From: an uncultured Solirubrobacterales bacterium
GTDB lineage: Bacteria; Actinomycetota; Thermoleophilia; Solirubrobacterales; 70-9
DNA: 64,000 nt
NCBI GenBank assembly: GCA_963774395.1
Contig: CAVZET010000006.1
Location: 431,148 to 495,147 of the forward strand
Direction: 5' to 3'
Shown here: piece by piece, positions 22,192 to 32,275 of the stretch
Numbering within the stretch: the first letter of the stretch is position 1
Layout of the letters: the number at the start of each line of letters is the position of its first letter
Program-made: the position numbers and the translations under genes
Notes under the pieces: generated by a model
The model's input: only the letters and a program-made list of their open reading frames with translations
Told to the model about the DNA's origin: nothing
The model's database searches: none

Positions 22192-23016
22192 CTACCCCGC
22201 CGCCGCGGGGACGACCGCTCCGGTCGACTCCTCGTCTCGCGTCAATCGGTAGGCCAGGTAGACGGGGATGATCGAGATCAAGATGACGAGCACGGCGACG
22301 ACGTTGACGATCGGCAGCTGGTTCGGGCGCGAGAAGTTGGTGTAGATCCAAAGCGGCAGGGTCTGCTCCCCCGCTCCCGCCGTGAACGTGGTGACGATGA
22401 TCTCGTCGAAGGAGAGGCCGAAGGCGAGCAGTGCGCCGGCGACGAGCGCGCCGCGCATGTTCGGCAAGGTGACCATCCGGAACGTCTGCCAAGGCGTCGC
22501 GCCAAGGTCCGCCGACGCCTCCTCGAAGGACGTCGAGAGCCGGCGCAGCCGAGCGACGACGTTGTTGTAGATGACGACGATGCAGAAGGTGGCGTGACCG
22601 ACGACGATCGTCCACAGGCTCAGGTCGACGCCGAGCAGCTGGGTGAAGGTCGTATTCAGAGCGACGCCGGTGAGGATGCCCGGCAGCGCGATCGGCAAGA
22701 GCAGTACGAACGAGACCGTTTCGCGGCCGAAGAAGCGATAACGCGAGACGGCAAGGGAGGCGAGCGTGCCGAGGATCAGCGCGAAGATCGTCGCCACGAA
22801 CCCGACCTTGATCGAGTTGAAGAAGGCGTCGCGGGCGCCGCTGTTCTGGAAGGCGTCGCTGAACCAGTGCAGGGTGAAGCCGGGCGGCGGCCAGGTCAGC
22901 ACCGAGTCGGCGTTGAAGGCGTAGACGACGATGATCGCCAGCGGGATGTACATGAACGCAAGCGTCACTCCGGAGGCGAGCCGGAGCAGGGCGAGCGATC
23001 GCGGCGAGAGCCTCAT
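22192..23016 (-). CDS. potC: polyamine-type ABC importer permease (PotC-like); intact
   Basis: 274-aa ORF with six hydrophobic segments and the binding-protein-dependent transport EAA loop EEASADLGATPWQTFRMVTLP. Confidence 0.8.
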   Translation of the reverse strand: MRLSPRSLALLRLASGVTLAFMYIPLAIIVVYAFNADSVLTWPPPGFTLHWFSDAFQNSGARDAFFNSIKVGFVATIFALILGTLASLAVSRYRFFGRETVSFVLLLPIALPGILTGVALNTTFTQLLGVDLSLWTIVVGHATFCIVVIYNNVVARLRRLSTSFEEASADLGATPWQTFRMVTLPNMRGALVAGALLAFGLSFDEIIVTTFTAGAGEQTLPLWIYTNFSRPNQLPIVNVVAVLVILISIIPVYLAYRLTRDEESTGAVVPAAAG

Positions 23017-23034
23017 CTGCGGACCACCCGGGGC

Positions 23035-23934
23035 TCAGACATGCTCGAACGCTCCCAAGCGTCTTGCGATCAGCATGTAGACGACCATGATCAGGATCGG
23101 CACCGTCGCGAAGGCCGCCGCCAGCGGCAGGTTGTTGGTGATCGACTGCGGAGATCACGTTGCCGATGAACTGGTTGCCGGAGCCGACCAGCTGCGTCGC
23201 GATGTAATCGCCGAGCGTCAGCGAGAAGGTGAAGATCGAACCGGCGACGATCGCCGGGAAGATGAGCGGCATGACGACCCGTCTGAAGGTGTGCCCCGGG
23301 CGCGCTCCGAGGTCCTCGGAGGCGCTCAGCAGCGAGTCGGGCATGCGCTCGAGCGCCGCGTAGATCGGGATGATCATGTAGGGCAGCCAGATGTAGCTCA
23401 TGACCAGCCAGACGGCGCTGTTGCCGTACCCGATCCCGTGCAGCCCGAGCGGGTTCAGCGCCCAGTTCAGCGCGCCGTCCTCGCTGAGGATCGTCCGCCA
23501 CGCGTAGACCTTGACCAGGTACGAGGACCACAGCGGCATCAGCACCGCGACGACGAGGAGGCCCCGCGCCCGGCCCCCGCGACCTTGGCCATGTAGAAGG
23601 CGAGGGGCAGCGCCAAAAGCGCGTCGGTGACCGTGACGAGCGCTGCGATCGCGACCGTCCGCAGCGCGATCGTGCGGTAGACGGGCTCCGTCAGGATCGT
23701 GTTGAAGTTGTCGAGCGTGAAGGTGTGCTCGACCTGACCGCTGAGCTCGCCCAGCGTCCAGAAGCTGGCGATCAGCAGGACCGCAAGCGAGCCCAGGTAG
23801 CCGATCACCAGCCAGCCGATCGGGCCGGCCAGCAGGCTGCTCACCTGCAGGCGCGGGCGCCCGTGGAAGAGGCCGGCGAGCCTCCGGCCCGCCGACCTCT
23901 TCGGCTGCTGCGCGAGCGCGTCAGCCGCCTCCAC
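23035..23934 (-). CDS. potB: polyamine-type ABC importer permease (PotB-like); two frameshifts (about 23545 and 23150)
   Basis: N-terminus in ORF 23539..23934. The core SASEDLGARPGHTFRRVVMPLIFPAIVAGSIFTFSLTLGDYIATQLVG is in ORF 22097..23545. The reconstructed tail ends ARRLGAFEHV (stop at 23035). Confidence 0.75.
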
Positions 23935-23974
23935 GGATCACCCTTGCCTTGCGTTGGCGTTCAGAGGGACCGCG

Positions 23975-25174
23975 TCACCCCTTCACGTCGGTCCACGCCT
24001 GCACCCAATCGTCATAGGTGGTGCAGTCGTTGTTGCCGTCGCCACAGTCGGAGACGGGCGTGGTCCAGTAGTAGAGGTTGTCCAGGTACTTCTTGCCGTC
24101 CGCGTCGTACTTCTGGCAGAAGTTCGGATCGGTCGTGAAGTCACACGCCTTCGAGTTGGCGGGCGCCTCACCGAACCACTCGGCGACCTGGGCCTGAACC
24201 TTCGGGTCGGTGATGTGGTTCATCCACATGTACATGCAGTTCGGGTGCTTGGCCTGCGAACTGATCATCCACGTGTCCGACCACCCGGTCGAGCCCTCTT
24301 CCTTCGGATAGACGGCGTTGACCGGCTTGTTGTCGGCCTTCAGCGTCAGGTACTGGTAGGGCCAGGTCGTGCCGACGGTCGTGTCGCCGTTGGCGAAGGC
24401 CTGGATCTCCTTCGTGTAGTCCGACCAGTACTCGCCGATGTTCTGACGCTGCTCCTTGAGCAGCTGGACCGCGGCGTCGAGCTGATCCTGGTTCAGCTCG
24501 TAGGGGTTCGTGATCCCCAGGTCGGGCTGATGCTTCATCAGATACAGCGCCGCGTCGGCGATGTAGATCGGGTTGTCGTAGGCGGTGACGTGGCCCTTCT
24601 GCTCCGCCGCCTTCTTCGGATCGAAGACGACATCCCACGAATTCGGCGTGGTCTTGTAGTCGTCCGTGTTGTACATCAGCAGGTTGGCCCCGCGACCATG
24701 CGGAATGCCGTACATCTGGCCGTCGACCGAGTTGTATGGCTGGTCCTTGAGGCCGGGGAAGATGTCCTTGTAGTTCGGCACCAGGTCGGTGTTGACCGGG
24801 GCGACGTCGCCGCCGTCGATCAGCCGGAGCGTCGCGTCGCCGGACGCCGAGACTCCGTCGTACTGGCCCGAGCGCATCAGCTGCACCATCTCGTCCGAGG
24901 TGTTGCCGACCTTGACGTTGACCTTGCAGCCCGTCTGCTTCTCGAAGTCGCTCACCCAGTTGACCTTCGGGTCAGTCGAGCCGTCCTCGACGTAGCCGGC
25001 CCAGGCAACGAGGTCGACCTCGCCTTCGCCCTTGCCGAGTTGCTGCGGCATGCTGTCCGCGCTGGTGCTGTCGCTGCTGCTGCTTCCGCAGCCGGCGGCA
25101 ACGGCCGCCATCAGCAACGTCAGCCCGGCGACGATGAGCCAGGCCCATCGCACGGAGCCCTGTTCGCTTCTCAT
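23975..25174 (-). CDS. potD: extracellular solute-binding lipoprotein (PotD/PotF-like); intact
   Basis: 399-aa ORF with a lipobox LLMAAVAAGC followed by a Ser-rich linker. W/Y-rich family-1 SBP composition. Sits between the permeases and the ATPase of the same operon. Confidence 0.75.
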   Translation of the reverse strand: MRSEQGSVRWAWLIVAGLTLLMAAVAAGCGSSSSDSTSADSMPQQLGKGEGEVDLVAWAGYVEDGSTDPKVNWVSDFEKQTGCKVNVKVGNTSDEMVQLMRSGQYDGVSASGDATLRLIDGGDVAPVNTDLVPNYKDIFPGLKDQPYNSVDGQMYGIPHGRGANLLMYNTDDYKTTPNSWDVVFDPKKAAEQKGHVTAYDNPIYIADAALYLMKHQPDLGITNPYELNQDQLDAAVQLLKEQRQNIGEYWSDYTKEIQAFANGDTTVGTTWPYQYLTLKADNKPVNAVYPKEEGSTGWSDTWMISSQAKHPNCMYMWMNHITDPKVQAQVAEWFGEAPANSKACDFTTDPNFCQKYDADGKKYLDNLYYWTTPVSDCGDGNNDCTTYDDWVQAWTDVKG

Positions 25175-26286
25175 ACGTTCTCCTCTCTCTGGGCAACGGG
25201 CACGGTGTGCTCGCGTCGCCAGCCAACTACAACGGATCGCCCCTTCTGCTCGTGGGCCTCCGCGGAGGTCTCCTCGAGGTTCTGACGGACGACCTGTATC
25301 TCTCCTCCATCTGCAAGCTCAACGGAATAACGCGTCAGCATTCCCGCGTAGGCCACGTCGAGGACCGTGCCCCGCTCGGTGACCAGCCCGTCCCCCGCCT
25401 CGCCCTCGGCGAGCAGCCTGATCTTCTCCGGCCTGACGGTGAAGCTCTCACCGTCCCGCTCGAGCACGTTCGACGTCCCGACGAAGCCGGCGACGAACGT
25501 GTTCTCCGGGTGCTCGTACACCTGCTCGGGGGCGCCGATCTGCTCGATCCGTCCCTCGTTGAAAACCGCGAGACGGTCCGACATGGTCAGCGCCTCGTCC
25601 TGGTCATGGGTCACGTAGACGAAGGTGATTCCGACCTCCCCCTGGATCTGCTTGAGCTCGATCTGCAGGCGCTCGCGTAGCTTCAGATCGAGCGCGCCGA
25701 GTGGCTCATCGAGGAGCAGCACGCGTGGGCGGTTCACGATCGCCCGGGCCAGCGCGACCCGCTGCGCCTGACCGCCGGAGAGCTCCGCGGGCTTGCGGGC
25801 GTCGTAGCCCGAGAGGCCGACCATCTCGAGCGCCGCGCCGCGCCGCCGCTCGCGCTCGGCCTTGTCGACCTTCGCGACCCGCATCCCGTACTCGACGTTG
25901 CCGGCGACGGTCATATGCGGGAAAAGCGCGTAGTCCTGGAAGACGGTGTTGACTTGCCGGTCGTAGGCGGGGAGCGTCGTCATGTCGCGGCCTGCCAGCT
26001 CGACCGTGCCCGAGTCGGGCAGCTCGAAGCCGGCGATCATCCTCAGCGTCGTCGTCTTGCCTGAGCCCGACGGCCCAAGCAGGGTGAAGAACTCGCCCGC
26101 GGCAATCTCGAGGTCGACCGAATCGACGGCGACGACGTCGCCAAAGGACTTCGAGACCGCGGTCAGGCGCACGTCGGGGTCAGTGGCAGCGACGGTCGCT
26201 GTCGCGCCGGCCGGTGCCTGATCTTCGGGCTCTGCTTGCAGTGCCTGCTCCCAATCGTCGCGAGACAAGCTCCCCTCGGCGCTCAC
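25171..26286 (-). CDS. potA: polyamine-type ABC importer ATPase with C-terminal TOBE-like domain (PotA-like); intact
   Basis: GPSGSGKTT, FQDYALFPHMTVAGNVEYG, LSGGQAQRVALARAI, LLLDEPLGALD. The ORF is open to 26469, but that extension overlaps fetB; the GTG at 26286 (VSAEGSL...) is the first start clear of it. Confidence 0.82.
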   Translation of the reverse strand: MSAEGSLSRDDWEQALQAEPEDQAPAGATATVAATDPDVRLTAVSKSFGDVVAVDSVDLEIAAGEFFTLLGPSGSGKTTTLRMIAGFELPDSGTVELAGRDMTTLPAYDRQVNTVFQDYALFPHMTVAGNVEYGMRVAKVDKAERERRRGAALEMVGLSGYDARKPAELSGGQAQRVALARAIVNRPRVLLLDEPLGALDLKLRERLQIELKQIQGEVGITFVYVTHDQDEALTMSDRLAVFNEGRIEQIGAPEQVYEHPENTFVAGFVGTSNVLERDGESFTVRPEKIRLLAEGEAGDGLVTERGTVLDVAYAGMLTRYSVELADGGEIQVVRQNLEETSAEAHEQKGRSVVVGWRREHTVPVAQREENV

Positions 26287-26380
26287 GCTATCCGTTCCGG
26301 CCAACGGCGGCAGGCCGACCCCGGCCAATCTTGGTGGTGGCGTTTCGCCACTCTGGAGTACGGCCGTTCGGGACGGGCGC

Positions 26381-27151
26381 TCAGCGGGGAAGCTCGACGA
26401 GCTGGTCCGCCTCGCTGAAGAAGTGCCGATAGGCGAGCGCCGTGGAGACGAGCGCCGAGATCGTGACACTCCCGAGCAGGACCCAGAGCAGGATCAGCTG
26501 CAGCCGCACCGCGTCGGTCGGCTCCGCCCCCGCGAGCAGCATCCCGACCATCGTCCCGGGGAAGAAGATGAGGCCCGTCGTCTTCGTCGAGTCGACGAGC
26601 GTGATCGTTCCCGAGCGCAGCGCCCTGCGCACGCTCGGCAGGGCGGCATCGCGGGCGCTCGCCCCAAGTGCGAGCGTGGCCTCGATCCGCTCGCGGCCGT
26701 CGGCGAACTCGTCGCCAAGTCTGTTCAGCGCTACCGCGGAGGCCGTCATCGAGTTGCCGATCACCATGCCGCCGACGGGCACCATGTAGCGCGGCTGCGG
26801 ATCGAAGATGCCGAGGCCGACCACGAGCCCGAGGGTCGCGAGCGCGGCGATCGAGAGCCCGATCAGGAGCGGTACGAAGGCCCTCGGGACGCGCTTCGCG
26901 CGCGAGCGCGCGGTAAGCGCCCCGAAGCAGACCATGACGGCGAGCAGCAGCGCGACCAGGGCGAGGCTGTCGACATCGAAGATCAGCTGGATCACGTAGC
27001 CGATCGCCGTCAGCTGCACAAAGCTGCGGACGACCGCGATCGCGATGTCGCCCTCGAGCTCGGTCCGGCGCCAGCGGGCAACGGCGATCGCGAGGAGGAC
27101 GAGGGCCAGGGCCGCGACGAGCTGGCCGACGGTGATGTGGACGCTGCTCAC
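26381..27151 (-). CDS. fetB: UPF0014/FetB (YbbM) family ABC-type iron-export permease; intact
   Basis: 256-aa polytopic ORF: VRSFVQLTAIGYVIQLIF...MVIGNSMTA...TLVDSTKTTGLIFFPGTMVGMLLAG. Its start overlaps the stop of the partner ATPase. Confidence 0.75.
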   Translation of the reverse strand: MSSVHITVGQLVAALALVLLAIAVARWRRTELEGDIAIAVVRSFVQLTAIGYVIQLIFDVDSLALVALLLAVMVCFGALTARSRAKRVPRAFVPLLIGLSIAALATLGLVVGLGIFDPQPRYMVPVGGMVIGNSMTASAVALNRLGDEFADGRERIEATLALGASARDAALPSVRRALRSGTITLVDSTKTTGLIFFPGTMVGMLLAGAEPTDAVRLQLILLWVLLGSVTISALVSTALAYRHFFSEADQLVELPR

Positions 27152-27828
27152 TCCGTCCGGCCCCCATCCGCACGGTCGCCGTCCGCGGCCGGCGTCTCGC
27201 CGCCCCGAGGCTCGATCTGCAGGGTCGAGTCGCCGAGGCGCTCCGCCTGCGCCGGATCGTGGGTGACGACGACGAGCGAGAGGCCGCCCTCCTCGCGTAG
27301 CTCCGCGAGCGTCCGCTCGATCGCCTCGGTTGCGCCGGCATCGAGGGCCGATGTGGGTTCGTCCAGGAGCAAGACGCCCGGCTCGTTGACGAGCGCGCGG
27401 GCGAGCATCGCACGCTGGCGCTCGCCGACGGAGAGCTCGCCGCCCGGCCGGTCGGCGAAGGAGCCGTCGAGACCGGCGCGTTCGAGTAGCCGCGCGACCT
27501 CCCCATCCCCGAGCTCGCGTCCGGCGAGCCCCGCTGCGAAGCGCAGATTGTCGGCCACCGTCCCGTCGAGCAGCGCCGGCAGCTGCGGAACGAGCGCCAC
27601 CTCGCGGCGCAGCTCATGCACCTCGCGGCCGGCGAGCGGCTCGCCTCGGTAGAGGATGCGTCCCGCCACCGGGTCGGCAAGCCGGTTGAGCAGTCGCAGG
27701 AGACTCGACTTGCCGACTCCCGACGGGCCGACCACCGCCGTCGCGCCTTCGGCGATATCGGCGTTCAGTCCCTCGATGACAATGGTGCCGCCGCGGGCGA
27801 CCGAGATGCTCTCGAGCTCGAACAGCAC
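27148..27828 (-). CDS. fetA: FetA (YbbL)-like ABC ATPase; intact
   Basis: VVGPSGVGKSSLLRLLNRL Walker A, LSVGERQRAMLARAL, LLLDEPTSALD, VVVTHD. GTG at 27828 within the artefactually long ORF 27148..28914. Confidence 0.78.
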   Translation of the reverse strand: MLFELESISVARGGTIVIEGLNADIAEGATAVVGPSGVGKSSLLRLLNRLADPVAGRILYRGEPLAGREVHELRREVALVPQLPALLDGTVADNLRFAAGLAGRELGDGEVARLLERAGLDGSFADRPGGELSVGERQRAMLARALVNEPGVLLLDEPTSALDAGATEAIERTLAELREEGGLSLVVVTHDPAQAERLGDSTLQIEPRGGETPAADGDRADGGRTE

Positions 27829-27873
27829 GAGGCGATTATGTCCGGCCGCGGACGCGGCCACTAGCCTCGCGGC

Positions 27874-28857
27874 GTGCGCACGATCGAGCCGATGCTCGCG
27901 ACCGACTCCAAGAGCCTTCCCGAGGGCGAGGAGTGGGCGTTCGAGATCAAGTGGGACGGCGTACGCGCTCTCGCCGACCTCACCGACGGATGCACGCGGT
28001 TGTTCAGCCGCCGGGGCGAGGCGATCACGGAGCGTTATCCGGAGCTCGAGCCGCTCGCGGCGGCGCTCGACGGTCGCGACGCGCTCCTCGACGGCGAGAT
28101 CGTCGCCTTCGGGCCTGACGGCAAGCCGAGCTTCCAGCTGCTGCAGCGGCGCATGGGCGTCACCTCGCCGCTGACGATCGCCCGGCGGGCCCCCGAGACG
28201 CCGGTCACCTTCGTCGCCTTCGACCTGCTGTCGCTCGATGGCGACGATCTCACCGGGGAGCCCTATGAGCGCCGCCGTGAGCTGCTCGCCGACCTCGGGC
28301 TCGCGGGTGCGCGCTGGCAGACGCCGCGCCACCACCTCGCCGACGGACCGGCGCTGCTCGAGGCTGCGAAGCGGCAGCACCTCGAGGGGGTGGTGGCCAA
28401 GCGACTCGGCAGCCGCTACCGGCCCGGTACGCGCAGCCGCGACTGGGTCAAGGTGCGGATCAAGCTGCGCGGCGACTTCCTGATCGGCGGCTCCTACGGC
28501 GGCGACGGGGGTCGCAGCGGCCGGCTCGGCTCGCTGATCCTCGGCGTCTGGGACGCGACCCCCGAGCAGGCAACCGACCGGGGCGTGCCGCAGCGGCTCG
28601 TCTACGCGGGCGGCGTGGGCAGCGGCCTCAGCGAGCGGGCGATCGATCAGCTCGAGGAGTTGCTGGCGCCGCTGCAGCGTCCCGACAACCCGTTCGAGCT
28701 TGGCGTCGGCCCCAAGCGCGCAGGCCCGCGCTTCGTCGAGCCCCGCCTCGTGTGCGCCGTCGAGTTCAGCGAGTGGACGCGCGAGGCAACGCTGCGCCAG
28801 CCCGCCTTCAAGGGCCTGCGCGACGACGTCGACCCGGCGACCGTGGTTCGAGACTGA
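27874..28857 (+). CDS. ATP-dependent DNA ligase, stand-alone LigD/LigC-type ligase domain; intact
   Basis: 327-aa ORF with the adenylation motif I EIKWDGVR, LDGEIVAF, FVAFDLL, EGVVAKR and DWVKVK-type (DWVKVRIK) motifs. Confidence 0.88.
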   Translation: MRTIEPMLATDSKSLPEGEEWAFEIKWDGVRALADLTDGCTRLFSRRGEAITERYPELEPLAAALDGRDALLDGEIVAFGPDGKPSFQLLQRRMGVTSPLTIARRAPETPVTFVAFDLLSLDGDDLTGEPYERRRELLADLGLAGARWQTPRHHLADGPALLEAAKRQHLEGVVAKRLGSRYRPGTRSRDWVKVRIKLRGDFLIGGSYGGDGGRSGRLGSLILGVWDATPEQATDRGVPQRLVYAGGVGSGLSERAIDQLEELLAPLQRPDNPFELGVGPKRAGPRFVEPRLVCAVEFSEWTREATLRQPAFKGLRDDVDPATVVRD

Positions 28858-28970
28858 CCGATTAGTTCCGCAGTGCCCGCCGGTCACAGAACCCAGATGG
28901 ATACGCAAGATCACATTCCCGCGCTTTCGACTGCGGAGGAACGGGTACTAAGCTCGGGAAACTGACGTCG

Positions 28971-29916
28971 ATGGCACGTGCAATCTGGACAGGATCAATC
29001 AGCTTCGGGCTCCTGAACGTGCCCGTGAAGCTCTATTCGGCGGTCTCGAGCCGCTCGATCAGCTTCCGTGAGCTTCGCGACGGCGATCACTCGCGCATCC
29101 GCCACAAGCGGGTCGCCGAGGAGGACGGCGAAGAGGTCCCCTACGAGAAGATCGTCAAGGGCTACGAGATCGCGCCCGAGCAGTACGTGATCCTCAGCCG
29201 CGATGAGCTCGAGGACCTGGCGCCGAAGAAGACGAAGGCGATCCAGATCGAGGACTTCGTCGACCTCGACGAGATCGATCCGATCTACTTCGACCGCCCG
29301 TACTACCTCGGCCCGCAGCCCGGCGCCGAGCGCGCCTACGCCCTGCTCGTCAAGGCGATGGCGCGAACAGCGCAAGGTCGCGGTCGCGCGCTTCGTCATG
29401 CGCAACAAGGAGAGCCTCGCTGCGATCCGCGCGACCGGGGACGTGCTGACGCTGGCGACGATGCGATTTGCCGACGAGGTCGTCCCACCGGAGCAGCTCG
29501 ACGGGCTGCTCGGCGAGGAGGAGGACGTCGCGCCCAACAAGAAGGAGGTCGACATGGCGAAGGCCCTGATCGACTCCCTCGCCTCGGACTTCGAGCCGTC
29601 CGGCTACAAGGACGAGTACCGCGACGAGCTGCTCGATCTGATCGAGCGCAAGGCGCGCGGCGAGGATCTCGTCTCGGTCGACTCGGAGGCACCCAAGCCG
29701 ACGAAGGCGCCGGACCTGATGGCGGCGCTCGAGGAGAGCCTGGCCGCGGTCAAGGGCGAGGAGCTCGGCGGCGGCGGCGAACAGGCCAAGCCAAAGGCCA
29801 AGAGCTCCGGCAAGGGCGCTTCCTCCTCGAAGAAGTCCTCGTCCGGATCCTCCGGCTCGAGCCGCTCGAAGTCCTCGAAGGGGAGCTCGAAGTCGCGGGC
29901 AAAGGCCGCGAAGTAG
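28971..29916 (+). CDS. ku: NHEJ protein Ku with a Ser/Lys-rich C-terminal tail; one frameshift near 29368
   Basis: MARAIWTGSISFGLLNVPVKLYSA...PIYFDRPYYLGP (28971 frame), then REQRKVAVARFVMRNKESLAAIR...MRFADEV and the tail KPKAKSSGKGASSSKKSSSGSSGSSRSKSSKGSSKSRAKAAK (ORF 29203..29916). Confidence 0.88.
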
Positions 29917-30809
29917 AGGTCGACGGCCGGCGCCTGTCGGTCACCAACCTCGACAAGGTCCTCTACCCCGAGGCCGGATTCACCAAGGGGGAGGTGATCG
30001 ACTACTACGCGCGGATCGCGCCGGCGATCGTGCCTCACCTGAGCGACCGGGCGCTGACCGTTACGCGCTGGCCCGACGGCGTCGAGGGCAAGCACTTCTT
30101 CGAGAAGCGCAGCCCCAAGCACCGGCCGGAGTGGGTGCGGACCGAGTCGATCTGGGCCGGGCGCCGAGCCGGGGAGATCGAGTTCGCCGTCTGCGACGAC
30201 CGCCCGACGCTGATCTGGCTGGCGCAACTCGCGGCGCTCGAGCTGCATCCCTCGCTGTCGCTCGTGGCCGATGTCGAGCGGCCGACCGTGCTTGCCTTCG
30301 ACCTCGACCCCGGCCCTCCGGCGACGATCGTCGAATGCTGCGCGGTGGCGCTGACGATCCGCAAGCTCTTCGCCCGCTTCGACGTCGAGTGCTTCCCGAA
30401 GAGCTCGGGCTCGAAGGGAATGCAGGTCTACGTGCCGCTCAACACCGAGGTGAGCTACGAGGAGACGAAGCCCTTCGCCCGCGCCGTTGCGCAGGCGCTC
30501 GAGCGCTCGGAGCCCGACCTCGTCGTCTCGAAGATGAAGAAGGAGCTGCGCGGGGGCAAGGTCTTCGTCGACTGGAGCCAGAACGACGTCTCGAAGACGA
30601 CGATTGCCGTCTACTCGCTGCGCGCCCGCCCGCGGCCGACGGTCTCGACGCCGCTGCGCTGGGACGAGGTCGAGCGGTGCCTCGCCGACGGCGATCCCGG
30701 ACTGCTCGCCTTCGAGGCGGCCGCGGTGCTCGAGCGGGTCGACGAGCACGGCGACCTGTTCGCGCCGGTGCTCGAGCTCGAGCAGGGGCTGCCGGCCGAG
30801 ATCGTGTAG
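29913..30809 (+). CDS. LigD-type primase-polymerase domain protein (NHEJ polymerase); 5' boundary unresolved (no start codon)
   Basis: VEVDGRRLSVTNLDKVLYPEAGFTKGEVIDYY...RWPDG...FFEKR...LAFDLDPG...SGSKGMQVYVPL...VFVDWSQN in the frame of ORF 28971..30809, with its stop at 30809. Confidence 0.8.
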   Translation, partial: VEVDGRRLSVTNLDKVLYPEAGFTKGEVIDYYARIAPAIVPHLSDRALTVTRWPDGVEGKHFFEKRSPKHRPEWVRTESIWAGRRAGEIEFAVCDDRPTLIWLAQLAALELHPSLSLVADVERPTVLAFDLDPGPPATIVECCAVALTIRKLFARFDVECFPKSSGSKGMQVYVPLNTEVSYEETKPFARAVAQALERSEPDLVVSKMKKELRGGKVFVDWSQNDVSKTTIAVYSLRARPRPTVSTPLRWDEVERCLADGDPGLLAFEAAAVLERVDEHGDLFAPVLELEQGLPAEIV

Positions 30810-30818
30810 GACCCCGGC

Positions 30819-32205
30819 GTGAGCAGACCACCGGCGACGATCGGGGCCGACGAGCGCGAGGGCGAGGAGCCGACCGAGCTGCGGCGCGCGATCGGCCCCG
30901 GCCTGCTGCTGATGTTCATCGTCGGCGACATGCTCGGCGGCGGCATCTACGCGCTCGTCGGGGAGGTCGGCGCCGAGGTCGGCGGCGCGATCTGGACCGC
31001 GTTCCTGGCGGCGTTCGTGCTCGCGGCGCTGACCGCGTTCGCCTACGCCGAGCTCGTCACCAAGTACCCGCGGGCGGCGGGCGCGGCGCTGTACACGAAC
31101 CGGGCGTTCGGCCTGCAGTTCTTCACCTTCATGGTCGCCTTCGCGGTGATGGCCTCCGGGATCACCTCCGCTTCGACGCTGGCCCGCGGCTTCTCCGGCG
31201 GCTCGCTTGCGCACCTGCTCGGGACCGACATCCCGGTGATCCCGGTCTCGATCGCCTTCCTGGTGGCTGTCGCGGCGCTCAACATGCGCGGCGTCGCCGA
31301 ATCGCTGAAGACGAACGTCGTCTTCACCTTGATCGAGATCTTCGGCTTGCTGCTGATCGTGCTCGTCGGGCATCGTCGCCTTCGGGGACGGCAGCGCCGA
31401 CGTCTCTCGCAACTTCGACTTCAAGGACGGCGACAGCGTCTTTCTCGCGATTGTCGGCGGTACGACGCTCGCGTTCTACGCCCTGATCGGCTTCGAGGAC
31501 TCCGTCAACCTCGCCGAGGAGACGCGGCGCCCCAGCACCACGTACCCGAAGGCGCTCTTCGGCGGGCTCGCGATCGTCGGCGTGCTCTACATGGGCGTCA
31601 CCTTCATCGCCTCGGCCGTCGTCCCGACGAACGAGCTCGCCGGCTCCACGGCCCCGCTCCTGCAGGTCGTCGAGATCGGGCCCCTGGGCCTGCCGACGAA
31701 GCTGTTCGCAGCGATCACGCTGTTCGCGCTCGCCAACGGCGCCTTGATCAACATGATCATGGCCTCGCGGCTCGTCTATGGCATGTCGAACGAGGGCGTC
31801 GTCGCCCGCGCCTTCGGCCGGGTGCTGCCGGGGCGCAAGACGCCGTGGGTCGCGATCCTGTTCACGACCGGCGCTCGCCCTGGTCCTGGTCTCGACCGGC
31901 GACCTCTCGGCGCTCGCCGACACGACCGTGTTCCTGCTGCTCTGCGTGTTCACGATCGTCAACGTCGCGGTGCTCGTCCTCCGGCGGGACGAGGTCGAGC
32001 ACAAGCACTTCCGTGCCCCGAGCGCCGTGCCGGTTCTCGGCGCGGCTCGTCTGCGTCTTCCTGATCACGCAGACCCAGGCTCAGGTGATCCTGCGCGGCG
32101 GCGTCATCCTGCTGGTCGGCGCCGCGCTGTACCTGGTCAGCGAGTTCGTTCGCCGCCGCGAGGGCGAAGGCAGCGGAGCTCGACGCCGCGAAGCTCGATG
32201 GCTGA
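30819..32205 (+). CDS. APC-superfamily amino acid permease; several frameshifts
   Basis: LLMFIVGDMLGGGIYALVGEVG (30819 frame). Later helices are in ORFs 31582..32064 and 31778..32212. The reconstructed end is AKAAELDAAKLDG, with a TGA at 32203..32205. Confidence 0.78.
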
Positions 32206-32211
32206 GCGCTA

Positions 32212-32275
32212 AGAGGCTGTCTCAGACCCACGTGTGCCGGCGCTCTCCGGGCGTGGGCGTCTCGAGACGGCCTCT
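32212..32275. terminator. long hairpin between the convergent permease and gcvPB genes (putative bidirectional terminator)
   Basis: agaggctgtctc...gagacggcctct outer stem (11 of 12 positions pair) with an inner cccacg/cgtggg stem. There is no clear U-tract. Confidence 0.5.

Noticed and set aside
26287-26469. N-terminal 61-codon extension of the PotA-like ORF (start at 26469)
   Set aside because: The extension overlaps the 3' end of fetB by about 90 nt and is low-complexity (SRSRRSSPRRSP...). The GTG at 26286 gives a normal-length ATPase clear of fetB.
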